A stretch of DNA of 64,000 bases from the NCBI GenBank assembly GCA_051880895.1, contig JBJEOV010000087.1, forward strand, positions 32,135 through 96,134, in the 5' to 3' direction. Each line of letters starts with the position of its first letter. The first letter of the stretch is position 1. The stretch comes from Ruminococcus sp. (lineage in GTDB: Bacteria > Bacillota > Clostridia > Oscillospirales > Acutalibacteraceae). The notes beneath the pieces are model-generated. The model had not been told where the DNA came from and did no database searches. It was given only the letters and a program-made list of their open reading frames with translations. Both the position numbers and the translations under genes were made by a program. Positions 40,270 through 50,176 of this stretch are shown piece after piece.

Positions 40270-41184
40270 ATGAAAGCAGTAAAAAAGGCTTTTGCTTTTT
40301 ATGATAAAATAATGAAAAGATATGATCCGATAATAAGCAAATGTATTCACGATAATATATTCGCCATAGCCGGACAGTCTGCGTTTTTTATAGTTCTTTC
40401 CTCTGTTCCTCTGATAGCGTTCTGCCTGTCAATACTTCAGAATCTGCATATATCAACAGTTTTTATCGAGCAGGCTCTCCAGAGTGTGTTTGCTGATGAT
40501 TTTCTTATGCAGATAAAGGATTTTCTGACAGAAACCTATCAGAATACCCTTGGAATTTCATTTATTTCAATTATTGTCACCTTATGGTCTGCCTCTCAGG
40601 GCATACACGCAATTACAAACGGTCTTAACAGAGTTTATGACGCATATGAAAACCGAATGTGGATAGTTTTGCGAATTCGTGCAATGGTTTATACTGTCAT
40701 TTTCTTTGTGCTTATGTCTGTATCGCTGGTTATTGTTTCGCTTGGCTCTTATCTTGACGATTGGATACAGCCCTATGTCAGCAGTCTGCCCGATATTATT
40801 ACTGCGATTTTCAGATTAAGATACCTGCTTGTGTTCTTAATTCTTACCTTTACCTTTGCGTCAATTTACAGAAACCTACCCTGTATATCAAAGGAGCAGA
40901 AAAAGGAATACAATTTTAAGTACCAGCTGCCGGGAGCAATATTATGCACAATTTCGTGGTTTGCGGTTGCATTGGGCATTTCAATTTATGTAAAAAGCTT
41001 TAACGGCTTTTCTGTTTACGGTGTAATCACCGGTCTTGCTATTGTGATGTTTCTGTTGTATTTCCTGATGCTGCTGTTGATGATATGTGCAGAAATAAAT
41101 TATGTTTATCACGATACAATTAAGAATTTTTCCGTTAAAAGGCTTGTTGCTGCTATAAAACGAAAGCTAAAAATAAAAAAGTAA
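40270..41184 (+). CDS. YihY/BrkB family membrane protein
   Basis: AGQSAFFIVLS.VP, TLWSAS.G, GLN.VY, QLPGA, YG.I. Confidence 0.85.
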   Translation: MKAVKKAFAFYDKIMKRYDPIISKCIHDNIFAIAGQSAFFIVLSSVPLIAFCLSILQNLHISTVFIEQALQSVFADDFLMQIKDFLTETYQNTLGISFISIIVTLWSASQGIHAITNGLNRVYDAYENRMWIVLRIRAMVYTVIFFVLMSVSLVIVSLGSYLDDWIQPYVSSLPDIITAIFRLRYLLVFLILTFTFASIYRNLPCISKEQKKEYNFKYQLPGAILCTISWFAVALGISIYVKSFNGFSVYGVITGLAIVMFLLYFLMLLLMICAEINYVYHDTIKNFSVKRLVAAIKRKLKIKK

Positions 41185-41239
41185 ATATCAAGGTTTTAAA
41201 GCACCTTTTCAGAGTTATACTAACTTTGGAGGTGCTTTT

Positions 41240-41953
41240 ATGTTGAAAAAAATAATTTGCACAGTGCTTTCCGCTGTATTGATAATTTTTGGCACGGTTT
41301 GTGCGTCGGCAACTTCAAAAAATGATTTTTCACTCCAAAAGGTTGACGAATATTTTTCGTTGATGAACGGCTGTTCAAGGATTTCGCTGGAAAATTACAG
41401 CGATGAAGCTGTGGTTGACGCAATAGCTTACTGCGGACTTGATCTGAACAGTCCGAGGATTATGTTTTATTTATCTGTGTTTTACTTTGCAAATAATATT
41501 GATACCGCAAAAATAACCTCAGATCCTGAGTATTCAACACAGATAATCAGCAGTCTTGACGGTTATCTTTCAGAAAAGGGGATAGCAAACAGCAGGTCAG
41601 GAGAGTTTTTTAAAAAGTATCAGGGTGAAATCAGTCAGAGTAAGCTCAGCTTTTCTACAGTCGGCGCATATACCTTTAAGGCTAAAAAATCGGTTGTGGA
41701 AAAAATGCTTGATGACAGCTGCGTTGATTTTATAATTGTCGGCACCGGTTTTATGCTTAAGCAGGGAGATGTGAATGCTGACGGCAGAATTGATTTAAAA
41801 GATGTGAAAAGTATGCAGTCGATAACGGCAGAGTTGATTAAAACCGAAAATGCAGAGGAGAAAAAATTTTTTGCCTTTGCAGGCGATTTGAACGGCGACG
41901 GCAGAGTGAATATAAATGACGCTACCTCTCTACAACAAAAACTGACAGCATAA
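41240..41953 (+). CDS. Secreted dockerin-containing protein of unknown function
   Basis: Signal peptide; C-terminal GDVNADGRIDLKD...GDLNGDGRVNIND duplicated Ca-loops. Confidence 0.8.
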   Translation: MLKKIICTVLSAVLIIFGTVCASATSKNDFSLQKVDEYFSLMNGCSRISLENYSDEAVVDAIAYCGLDLNSPRIMFYLSVFYFANNIDTAKITSDPEYSTQIISSLDGYLSEKGIANSRSGEFFKKYQGEISQSKLSFSTVGAYTFKAKKSVVEKMLDDSCVDFIIVGTGFMLKQGDVNADGRIDLKDVKSMQSITAELIKTENAEEKKFFAFAGDLNGDGRVNINDATSLQQKLTA

Positions 41954-41975
41954 AGCTGTCATACATAATAATTAA

Positions 41976-42147
41976 GGAAACACTGATTAAATCGTTTGTG
42001 CATATTGCGCCAGCAGATTTTTTTGTCAGATTGCACAAACAAACCGCAGTAATGCTGACGCATTACGAGGATTTTTTGGGCAAGCTGGCGGAAAATATGC
42101 AAGCAAGATGTGCAAACAACTTTCAGTGTGATTTATTCAGTGTTTCC
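41976..42147 (-). mobile_element. MITE-like repeat copy 3 (172 bp, inverted)
   Basis: Same terminal repeats; TTAA on both sides. Confidence 0.85.
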
Positions 42148-42159
42148 TTAAATAAGTTC

Positions 42160-42188
42160 TTGACAAATTAAAACAAAAAGCCTATAAT
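42160..42188 (+). promoter_or_regulatory. Sigma-A promoter of the marR-ABC operon
   Basis: TTGACA-17-TATAAT; imperfect palindrome AGTTTGATATAAAACT downstream may be the MarR operator. Confidence 0.8.
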
Positions 42189-42274
42189 ACTGTAAAAGTT
42201 TAGTATCGAACAATTCTATATATAACAGTTTGATATAAAACTTATAGCTTATGCAGAATCGGAGGTGATTTTGG

Positions 42275-42766
42275 GTGTGTGATTTTTTTGAGGAGGCAGA
42301 GGAAGTCGGTGCGGTTAATAGCGATGATTTTCATATCTGCGATGCAATCGGCCACGAAATTAAAGCGGTAAATCATATTATTCACAGAAAAATGCTTGAA
42401 AGTGCGGTAAAAAACGGCGTGGATAAGGTAACCATTATGCACGGCTGGATAATAGCATATCTGTATAATAATCAGGACAAGGATATTTTTCAGAAAAATC
42501 TCGAAAGGGAGTTTTCAATTTCACGCTCATCTGTAACAAATATTCTTCAGTTAATGGAGAAGAAGGGGTATATAAAAAGGGTGTCGGTTGAAAATGACGC
42601 AAGACTCAAAAAAATTGTGCTTACCGAAAAGGGGATAAGCATAAAAAACTCTATGGATCAGGCAATTAAATCTAACGAGCAGGAATTTGACAGTGTTTTT
42701 ACTCCTGAAGAAAAGCAGACCTTTTTGTTTCTGATAAGAAAGCTCAGGGCAGGCATTTCAGGATAA
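42275..42766 (+). CDS. MarR-family transcriptional regulator
   Basis: IFQKNLE, ISRSSVTNILQLMEKKGYI.R, DARLKKIVLT. Confidence 0.9.
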   Translation: MCDFFEEAEEVGAVNSDDFHICDAIGHEIKAVNHIIHRKMLESAVKNGVDKVTIMHGWIIAYLYNNQDKDIFQKNLEREFSISRSSVTNILQLMEKKGYIKRVSVENDARLKKIVLTEKGISIKNSMDQAIKSNEQEFDSVFTPEEKQTFLFLIRKLRAGISG

Positions 42767-42773
42767 TATTACA

Positions 42774-42944
42774 GGAAACACTGAATAAATCACGCTGAAA
42801 GCTGTTTGCACATCTTGCTTGCATATTTTCCGCCAGCTTGCCCAAAAAATCCTCGCAATGCGTCAGCATTACTGCGGTTTATTTGTGCAACCTGACGAAA
42901 AATCTGACTACGCAATATGCACAAACGATTTAATCAGTGTTTCC
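42774..42944 (+). mobile_element. MITE-like repeat copy 4 (171 bp) inside the marR-ABC operon
   Basis: TACA duplicated on both sides. Confidence 0.88.
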
Positions 42945-42964
42945 TACAGTAAAGGAGAAAGAGT

Positions 42965-44713
42965 ATGATAAAAACCTTAGCTAAACAGGTTAAGGGCTTC
43001 GTTATGGAATCGCTGCTTACACCTGTGTTTATGATACTTGAGGTTATTTTTGAAACGCTGATACCGCTTCTTATGGCTTCAATCATCGATGACGGCATCA
43101 ACAAGGGCGATATGAACCATATTCTCTTTGTCGGCGGAGAAATGGTGCTTTGCGCAATCGGCGGACTGATTTTCGGTGTGCTGGGCGGCACATACGGTGC
43201 AAAGGCGTCTGCCGGCTTTGCAAGGAATCTTCGCCGTTCAATGTTTGCCAATATTCAGACATTTTCATTTGCAAACATTGACAAGTATTCAACGGCAGGT
43301 CTTGTAACCAGACTTACAACCGATGTAACAAATTTACAGAATGCATATCAGATGATACTGCGAATGTGTATGAGAGCGCCGGCAAGCCTTATCTGCGCAA
43401 TGGTAATGGCGTTTATGATAAATGCCGGACTTGCAAGCGTTTACCTGGTTGCCATTGTTTTCCTCGCAATAGTAATGGCTTTTCTTATGAAATTTACAAT
43501 GAAGTACTTTATGCAGGTATTCAAAAAGTATGACGACCTCAACGCAAGCGTTCAGGAAAATGTTTCGGGTATCAGGGTAGTAAAGGCATTTGTGCGTGAG
43601 GACCACGAAACCGTTAAATTTTCAAAGGCGGCAAACAGCCTTTACAAGCTTTTTGTAAAAGCTGAAAACTGTATGGTATCCGTTATGCCGATAATGCAGC
43701 TTACCGTTTACGGCTGTATTATTGCAATAAGCTGGTTCGGAGCAAATATGATAGTCGGTTCAACTCTTACAACTGGCGAGCTGACAAGTATGCTTACATA
43801 CTGTATAAATATTCTTATGTCGCTTATGATGGTTGCAATGGTGTTTGTAATGATTACAATGAGCTCGGCAAGTGCAAGGCGAGTAGCAGGTGTGCTGAAC
43901 GAAAAAAGCAGTCTTACAAACGGCGAAAATCCGGTTGAAAATGTGCCTGACGGAAGTATTGAGTTTAAGAATGTTTACTTCAGCTACAACGAAACAGGTG
44001 AAGAGCCTGTGCTTGATAACATCAACATAAAGATAAATTCGGGAGAAACAGTCGGAATTATCGGCGGTACGGGCAGTTCAAAAACAAGCCTTGTAAATCT
44101 TATCGGCAGACTCTACGATGTTACGGGCGGCGAGGTGCTTGTCGGCGGCATTAATGTCAAGGACTATGACCTCGAAAAGCTCCGTGACGAGGTATCCGTT
44201 GTTCTTCAGTCAAATGTACTTTTCAGCGGTACAATTTTGCAGAATCTCCGCTGGGGCAATGAAAACGCAACGGAAGAGGAATGTATAAACGCCTGTAAGC
44301 TTGCGTGCGCAGATGATTTTATTCAGACATTCCCCGATAAGTACAACACATTCATCGAGCGTGGCGGTACAAATGTATCGGGCGGACAGAAACAGCGTAT
44401 ATGCATAGCAAGAGCGTTGCTCAAAAAGCCTAAAATTCTTATTCTTGACGACTCAACAAGCGCAGTAGATACTGCAACAGACGCTAAGATAAGAAAGGCT
44501 TTTGCAGAGGAAATACCGAATACTACAAAGCTTATTATTTCCCAGAGAATCTCAAGCGTTCAGCACGCCGACAAAATTATTGTTATGGATAACGGTAAAA
44601 TCAGCGGTATCGGCTCGCACGATGAGCTTATTAATAAAAATGAAATTTACACCGAGATTTATGACGCTCAGACAAAGGGCAACGGTGATTTTGATGCAAG
44701 GGGGGAGATGTAA
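42965..44713 (+). CDS. ABC exporter subunit (TMD+NBD), multidrug-type heterodimer half
   Basis: GGTGSSKT, VSGGQKQR, LILDDSTSAVD (degenerate site). Confidence 0.92.
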   Translation: MIKTLAKQVKGFVMESLLTPVFMILEVIFETLIPLLMASIIDDGINKGDMNHILFVGGEMVLCAIGGLIFGVLGGTYGAKASAGFARNLRRSMFANIQTFSFANIDKYSTAGLVTRLTTDVTNLQNAYQMILRMCMRAPASLICAMVMAFMINAGLASVYLVAIVFLAIVMAFLMKFTMKYFMQVFKKYDDLNASVQENVSGIRVVKAFVREDHETVKFSKAANSLYKLFVKAENCMVSVMPIMQLTVYGCIIAISWFGANMIVGSTLTTGELTSMLTYCINILMSLMMVAMVFVMITMSSASARRVAGVLNEKSSLTNGENPVENVPDGSIEFKNVYFSYNETGEEPVLDNINIKINSGETVGIIGGTGSSKTSLVNLIGRLYDVTGGEVLVGGINVKDYDLEKLRDEVSVVLQSNVLFSGTILQNLRWGNENATEEECINACKLACADDFIQTFPDKYNTFIERGGTNVSGGQKQRICIARALLKKPKILILDDSTSAVDTATDAKIRKAFAEEIPNTTKLIISQRISSVQHADKIIVMDNGKISGIGSHDELINKNEIYTEIYDAQTKGNGDFDARGEM

Positions 44714-46614
44714 TGCATCCGCCAATGGGTAAAAAACGGCCGACGGGCGAAAGTAAAAAGGTAGATAAGCCGGGTAAAATTCTCGGAAGAATCCTTGGCT
44801 ATGTCTTTAAAAAATATAAAGTTCATATGATAATTGTATTTGTATGCATTATTGTAAGCGTTCTTGCAAATGTACAGGGAACATTATTCATTCAGAAGCT
44901 TATTGATGACTACATCACTCCTCTTATGAATACAAGCTCACCCGACTTTACTCCCTTGCTGTATGCAATGGCACGGGTTGCAGGCTTTTATCTGCTGGGT
45001 GCCGCATCAACATTTCTGTATTCAAAGTTGATGGTCTATGTTACTCAGGGTACAATGCGCAGTCTGAGAATTGATGTTTTCTCGCATATGGAGAGCTTGC
45101 CAATCAAATTCTTCGATACACATTCTCACGGCGATATTATGTCTGTTTATACAAACGATATTGATACTCTCCGCCAGATGATAAGCCAGAGTATGATACA
45201 GCTTTTCTCAAGTGCAATTACTATAGTATCCGTGCTTGCAAGTATGATTTCAATCAGTATTCCGCTCACCCTTCTGACACTGGTTATGGTTGTTGTAATG
45301 TTTTTTGTATCGGGCAAAATCGGCAGTAAGAGTGGCAAATACTTTACAGCACAGCAGCAGGACCTTGGTAAGGTAAACGGATATATTGAAGAAATGGTGA
45401 ACGGTCAGAAGGTTGTAAAGGTGTTTAATCACGAGGGCAAGGCTGTTGAGGAATTCAACGAGCTTAACGACAAGCTTTTTGACAGTGCATATAACGCAAA
45501 CAAATTTGCAAATATCCTTATGCCGATTAACGCTCAGCTTGGCAATATAAGCTATGTACTGTGTGCGATAGTCGGCGCAGTGCTTGCCTTCAATAATTTT
45601 GCAGGACTCACGCTCGGCGGACTTGTTGCATTTATGACCTTCAATAAAAACTTCAGTCAGCCAATCAATCAGATAAGTATGCAGCTTAACAGTATAATTA
45701 TGGCTCTTGCCGGCGCAGAAAGAATTTTCAACCTGCTTGACGAAAAGCCGGAGGAGGACAACGGTTATGTAAGCCTTGTAAATGCAAAGGTTGTTGGCGG
45801 CAGGCTTGAACCCACAGAGGAAAGAACAGGTATGTGGGCGTGGAAGCATACTCACAGCGAGGACGGCACAACAGAGTACACACAGCTCAGGGGCGACCTT
45901 GTGATGGATGATGTTGATTTTGGCTATACCGATGATAAAATGGTACTCCACAACATTGATTTGTACGCAAAGCCCGGTCAGAAAATTGCATTTGTAGGTT
46001 CAACCGGTGCGGGCAAGACTACAATTACTAACCTCATAAACAGATTTTATGACATTCAGGACGGTAAAATCCGTTATGACGGCATAAATATCAATAAGAT
46101 AAAGAAGTCGGATTTAAGACGCTCGCTTGGTATTGTTTTGCAGGAAACTCATCTTTTCACCGATACGGTTATGGAAAATATCCGTTATGGCAGACTTGAC
46201 GCCACTGATGAAGAGGTTATTGCAGCGGCAAAGCTTGCAAATGCAGACAGCTTTATCCGAAAACTGCCGCACGGCTATGACACCGTACTTACAGGCGACG
46301 GCGGAAACCTGAGTCAGGGACAGCGGCAGATGCTTGCAATCGCAAGAGCCGCAGTCGCAAATCCGCCTGCGCTTATTCTTGACGAGGCAACAAGCTCTAT
46401 TGATACCCGTACGGAAAAAATAGTTCAGGACGGTATGGATAAGCTGATGAAGGGCAGAACAACATTTGTTATCGCCCACAGACTTTCAACCGTAAGAAAT
46501 TCAGACTGCATTATAGTTCTTGAACACGGCAGAATTATTGAAAAGGGTACTCACGAACAGCTTATTGAGCAAAAGGGCAAGTACTATCAGCTCTATACGG
46601 GTAAAACCGCATAA
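44713..46614 (+). CDS. ABC exporter subunit (TMD+NBD), partner half
   Basis: GSTGAGKT, LSQGQRQ, LILDEATSSID, IAHRLST. Confidence 0.92.
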   Translation: MHPPMGKKRPTGESKKVDKPGKILGRILGYVFKKYKVHMIIVFVCIIVSVLANVQGTLFIQKLIDDYITPLMNTSSPDFTPLLYAMARVAGFYLLGAASTFLYSKLMVYVTQGTMRSLRIDVFSHMESLPIKFFDTHSHGDIMSVYTNDIDTLRQMISQSMIQLFSSAITIVSVLASMISISIPLTLLTLVMVVVMFFVSGKIGSKSGKYFTAQQQDLGKVNGYIEEMVNGQKVVKVFNHEGKAVEEFNELNDKLFDSAYNANKFANILMPINAQLGNISYVLCAIVGAVLAFNNFAGLTLGGLVAFMTFNKNFSQPINQISMQLNSIIMALAGAERIFNLLDEKPEEDNGYVSLVNAKVVGGRLEPTEERTGMWAWKHTHSEDGTTEYTQLRGDLVMDDVDFGYTDDKMVLHNIDLYAKPGQKIAFVGSTGAGKTTITNLINRFYDIQDGKIRYDGININKIKKSDLRRSLGIVLQETHLFTDTVMENIRYGRLDATDEEVIAAAKLANADSFIRKLPHGYDTVLTGDGGNLSQGQRQMLAIARAAVANPPALILDEATSSIDTRTEKIVQDGMDKLMKGRTTFVIAHRLSTVRNSDCIIVLEHGRIIEKGTHEQLIEQKGKYYQLYTGKTA

Positions 46615-46629
46615 GCATTTATTTCGGCA

Positions 46630-46755
46630 AATACGACGGTCAGAGATTACTGTTTTTCCGACCGTCGTATTTTGCAGTACCGTTCCGATTGGCTGAATGT
46701 CAATGAAAAATTAACAAAAAACTACCGACAGAGTATTCTCTGTCGGTAGGTATTG
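46630..46755. terminator. Two hairpins after the ABC operon
   Basis: AATACGACGGTC/GACCGTCGTATT and CTACCGACAGAG/CTCTGTCGGTAG stems. Confidence 0.7.
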
Positions 46756-46779
46756 CTTGTGTTGAAATCTGAATTTATT

Positions 46780-47374
46780 ATCATTATTGCTTAATAACTG
46801 TTATTTGTTATCAGCTTTTATAAACTAAATTTCGGACTCATCTCCAATTAATTGATATTTAAAAATCAGTAAAGTTTACATTGGAATTATCTCCTATACA
46901 ATATTGTACCTAAATATAAACTTCCTTGTACATCGGTATTATCTCCATTCTTTAATTCTTTTTTGAATGAATTTTATCTGTACATTGGTATGACCACCAT
47001 TAACAAGATTTTAAATATTTATAATATTAAGTTGTAATCATAATTTCGGATAAACCTGATTACCTTAGAATTGTGATTACTCTAAGACTCATTTTTACGA
47101 ATAATAATTTAACAACTGCTTTCTCAGACTATATATAAAAATATGAAGTTCTTTTTGTATTCGTATGCTTTGAATGTAGCTGTTAAATCGGAAGTAATCG
47201 GAAACCTTGTCTGATGTAATGAAGGAATATGTTTAATAACATTGAAATTATCAGCTGTCCGACAAACAAACGAGATATTATAACCTTTTCTAATGTATCA
47301 GGTTATCGCTTGTTTGGGGGAAGGCTCCGCATGAAATCTCTGATATGTCTTATGTAATGGACTTTTACTTTCAT
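46780..47374 (-). pseudogene. Decayed AT-rich gene of unknown family
   Basis: TTGACA-17-TATAAT promoter and AAGGAGG RBS before ATG 47374, but the frame breaks repeatedly; 3' limit approximate. Confidence 0.45.
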
Positions 47375-47619
47375 ATTAGAAACCTCCTTTTGTTCCTTTT
47401 CTTTGTCTATATTATACAGAATAAATCAAGGCTTGTCAATATAAATATTAAAAATATTTATAATTTTATTTTTGTAAAATCTATTGAAGAAAAATTCGGG
47501 TTGTGCTATAATAAAAATGTTGGGGTATTGCAAAATACTCCTTTTATTGACTTTTTAATCGCTTTTGTGTATAATGTTTACACATAATTCAGATTTTGAA
47601 CGGATAAGAGGTGTGGTAT

Positions 47620-47937
47620 ATGATAAAGAAGTATAATAAGCTTGTCAGAGATAAAATTCCACAGATTATTGAAGAAAACGGACAGATGTGCGAAACCGAG
47701 ATTCTTTCTGACGAGAGATACCTTGAAATGCTTGAGTTAAAGCTCTCTGAGGAATGCACAGAGTATCAGATTGATAAGGATGTCGAGGTGCTTGCCGATA
47801 TTCTTGAGGTTGTTTATGCCATTGCCAATGCAAAGGGTGTGACTGACGGCGAGCTTGATAGAATCAGACTTGCAAAAGCCAATAAAAACGGAAGATACAA
47901 GGATAAGATTTACATCAAAGAGGTTACTGAGTGGTAA
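47620..47937 (+). CDS. MazG-like / phosphoribosyl-ATP pyrophosphohydrolase-like protein
   Basis: YNKLVRDKIP.II, KLSEE..EY, LADILEV, K...NGRY. Confidence 0.8.
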   Translation: MIKKYNKLVRDKIPQIIEENGQMCETEILSDERYLEMLELKLSEECTEYQIDKDVEVLADILEVVYAIANAKGVTDGELDRIRLAKANKNGRYKDKIYIKEVTEW

Positions 47938-47990
47938 ACAAAAGCACGGTGCAAAAAACGCATCGTGCTTATTTTTTTATCTTTTCAACA

Positions 47991-48542
47991 TTACATATTA
48001 TCGTCGTACATTGCTCTGCAGCCGCCGATAAATTTTGGTCTTGTCCTTGCGGCGAGTAAAACAGCGTTGCCTATACGGTCAAGGCTGAGCCTTACGGGAA
48101 CGGCAACTCTTCTAAGGTGCATACCGATTAATGTACCGCCAATATCAAGTCCTGCGTCCGCCCTGATTTCCTCAAGAGCAACGGGATTTTTAAATGTATT
48201 GTATGCGGTTGTGGCAAAAGAGCCGCCTGCCTTTGGCTGAGGAACAACATTCACGATTTCGGCAAAGGGAACAGCCTCACGCTCAACAATGATTGCACGG
48301 TTGAGATGCTCACAGCACTGGGCGGCAAGGTAGATTTTCCTTTTGCTGAGTACTTCGTAAATTCCTTTAAAAATCTGCTCGGCAACCTCAAGATTTGAGT
48401 TTTTGCCGATAGTTCCTCCTGCAACCTCGCTTGAAGAACAGCCCACAACTACAATACTGCCCTCTTTAAGCTTTGCAATATCGCAAAGCTCCTCACAAGC
48501 CTGCTTTGCCTGAGAATAAACATCAACTGACATATATTTCAA
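47991..48542 (-). CDS. YwlG / TIGR01440 (UPF0340) protein
   Basis: VVGCSSSEV, AAQCCEHLNRA, VVPQPKAGGS, DIGGTLIGMHL. Confidence 0.88.
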   Translation of the reverse strand: MKYMSVDVYSQAKQACEELCDIAKLKEGSIVVVGCSSSEVAGGTIGKNSNLEVAEQIFKGIYEVLSKRKIYLAAQCCEHLNRAIIVEREAVPFAEIVNVVPQPKAGGSFATTAYNTFKNPVALEEIRADAGLDIGGTLIGMHLRRVAVPVRLSLDRIGNAVLLAARTRPKFIGGCRAMYDDNM

Positions 48543-48556
48543 CTCCTTGAAGCTAT

Positions 48557-48727
48557 GGAAACACTGAATAAATCATGCTAAAAGCTGTTTGCACATCTTG
48601 CTTGCATATTTTCCGCCAGCTTGCCCAAAAAATCCTCGTAATACGACAGTATTACTGCGGTTTGTTTGTGCAATCTGACAAAAAATCTGCTGGCGCAATA
48701 TGCACAAACGATTTAATCAGTGTTTCA
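48557..48727 (+). mobile_element. MITE-like repeat copy 5 (171 bp)
   Basis: CTAT duplicated on both sides; right end TTTCA variant. Confidence 0.85.
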
Positions 48728-48850
48728 CTATGTTATGTATTTATTATAGCACTATTTTTGCAAAGTACAAGCCAAGAAAATTCTTGATACAAAAATTACA
48801 AAATTTGTATAACAATATTGATTTTTTAGTAAATATGTTATACAATAGAT

Positions 48851-48868
48851 TTGTAAATTTTTTTGCAA
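48851..48868 (+). promoter_or_regulatory. Possible Rex operator downstream of the fucO promoter (TTGATT-17-TACAAT)
   Basis: TTGTAAA-TTTT-TTTGCAA versus clostridial Rex consensus TTGTTAA-N4-TTAACAA (3 mismatches). Confidence 0.35.
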
Positions 48869-48880
48869 AGGATGATTGCT

Positions 48881-50026
48881 ATGAATAGATTTGTATTAAA
48901 TGAAACCTCCTACCACGGAGCAGGAGCAATTAACTCAATTCCCGAGGAAATCAAGGGAAGAGGCTTTAAAAAGGCTTTTGTCGCATCTGACCCCGACCTT
49001 GTAAAATTCGGAGTAACTAAAAAGGTGACCGATGTGCTTGACGGTGCAGGTATTGAATACACCCTGTACTCAGACATCAAGCCGAACCCGACAATAGAGA
49101 ATGTTCAGCACGGCGTTGAGGTGTTCAGGGAAAGCGGAGCTGACTGCATTATTGCAATCGGCGGCGGCTCTTCAATGGATACTGCAAAGGCAGTGGGAAT
49201 TATCATCAAAAACCCCGAATTTGCAGATGTCCGTTCACTCGAGGGCGTTGCTCCCACAAAGAACAAGTCAGTGCCGATAATTGCAGTTCCCACCACAGCT
49301 GGTACAGCCGCCGAGGTTACTATCAATTATGTAATCACAGACGCTGAAAAGAACAGAAAAATGGTGTGCGTAGATGTTAACGATATTCCCGTTGTTGCCG
49401 TTGTTGACCCCGATATGATGTCAACTATGCCTAAGGGACTTACAGCCGCTACGGGTATGGACGCTCTTACTCACGCTATTGAGGGTTACATAACAAAGGG
49501 TGCGTGGGCACTTTCCGATATGTTCCACCTGAAAGCCATTGAAATAATTTCACAATCCCTGCGTGGCGCAGTAGATAATACACCCGAGGGCAGAGAGGGA
49601 ATGGCACTCGGTCAGTATGTAGCCGGAATGGGCTTTTCAAATGTCGGACTCGGTATAGTTCACTCAATGGCTCACCCGCTCGGCGCATTGTATGACACAC
49701 CTCACGGTGTAGCGAATGCAATTATTCTGCCGACCGTTATGGAATACAACGCACCCGCAACAGGGGATAAGTATAAATATATCGCCGCCGCAATGGGCGT
49801 TGAGGGAACGGAGAATATGAGCGTTGACGAGTACCGCAAGGCTGCTGTTGACGCAGTAAGAAAGCTCTCGCAGGATGTGGGTATTCCTGCCGACCTCAAG
49901 GAAATCGTAAAGCCCGAGGATATACCGTTCCTCGCTCAGTCAGCCTATGATGACGCCTGCCGTCCCGGCAACCCGAGAGATACCAGCGTAGAGGAAATCA
50001 CAGAGCTTTACAAGAGCCTTATGTGA
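48881..50026 (+). CDS. fucO: Lactaldehyde reductase (Fe-dependent alcohol dehydrogenase)
   Basis: IGGGSSMD, PTTAGTAAE, GMDALTHA, GIVHSMAH, PHGVANA. Confidence 0.88.
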   Translation: MNRFVLNETSYHGAGAINSIPEEIKGRGFKKAFVASDPDLVKFGVTKKVTDVLDGAGIEYTLYSDIKPNPTIENVQHGVEVFRESGADCIIAIGGGSSMDTAKAVGIIIKNPEFADVRSLEGVAPTKNKSVPIIAVPTTAGTAAEVTINYVITDAEKNRKMVCVDVNDIPVVAVVDPDMMSTMPKGLTAATGMDALTHAIEGYITKGAWALSDMFHLKAIEIISQSLRGAVDNTPEGREGMALGQYVAGMGFSNVGLGIVHSMAHPLGALYDTPHGVANAIILPTVMEYNAPATGDKYKYIAAAMGVEGTENMSVDEYRKAAVDAVRKLSQDVGIPADLKEIVKPEDIPFLAQSAYDDACRPGNPRDTSVEEITELYKSLM

Positions 50027-50052
50027 ATATAAAATTTAATATCAACAATTTA

Positions 50053-50170
50053 GGAAACACTGAATAAATCACTCTGAAATTTGTTTGCACATCTTGCTTG
50101 CATATTTTCCGCCAGCTTGCCCAAAAAATCTGACGGCGCAATCTGCACAAACGATTTATTCAGTGTTTCC
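50053..50170 (+). mobile_element. MITE-like repeat copy 6, internally deleted (118 bp)
   Basis: Segment between two AAAAATC motifs is missing; TTA on both sides. Confidence 0.85.
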
Positions 50171-50176
50171 TTAGGT

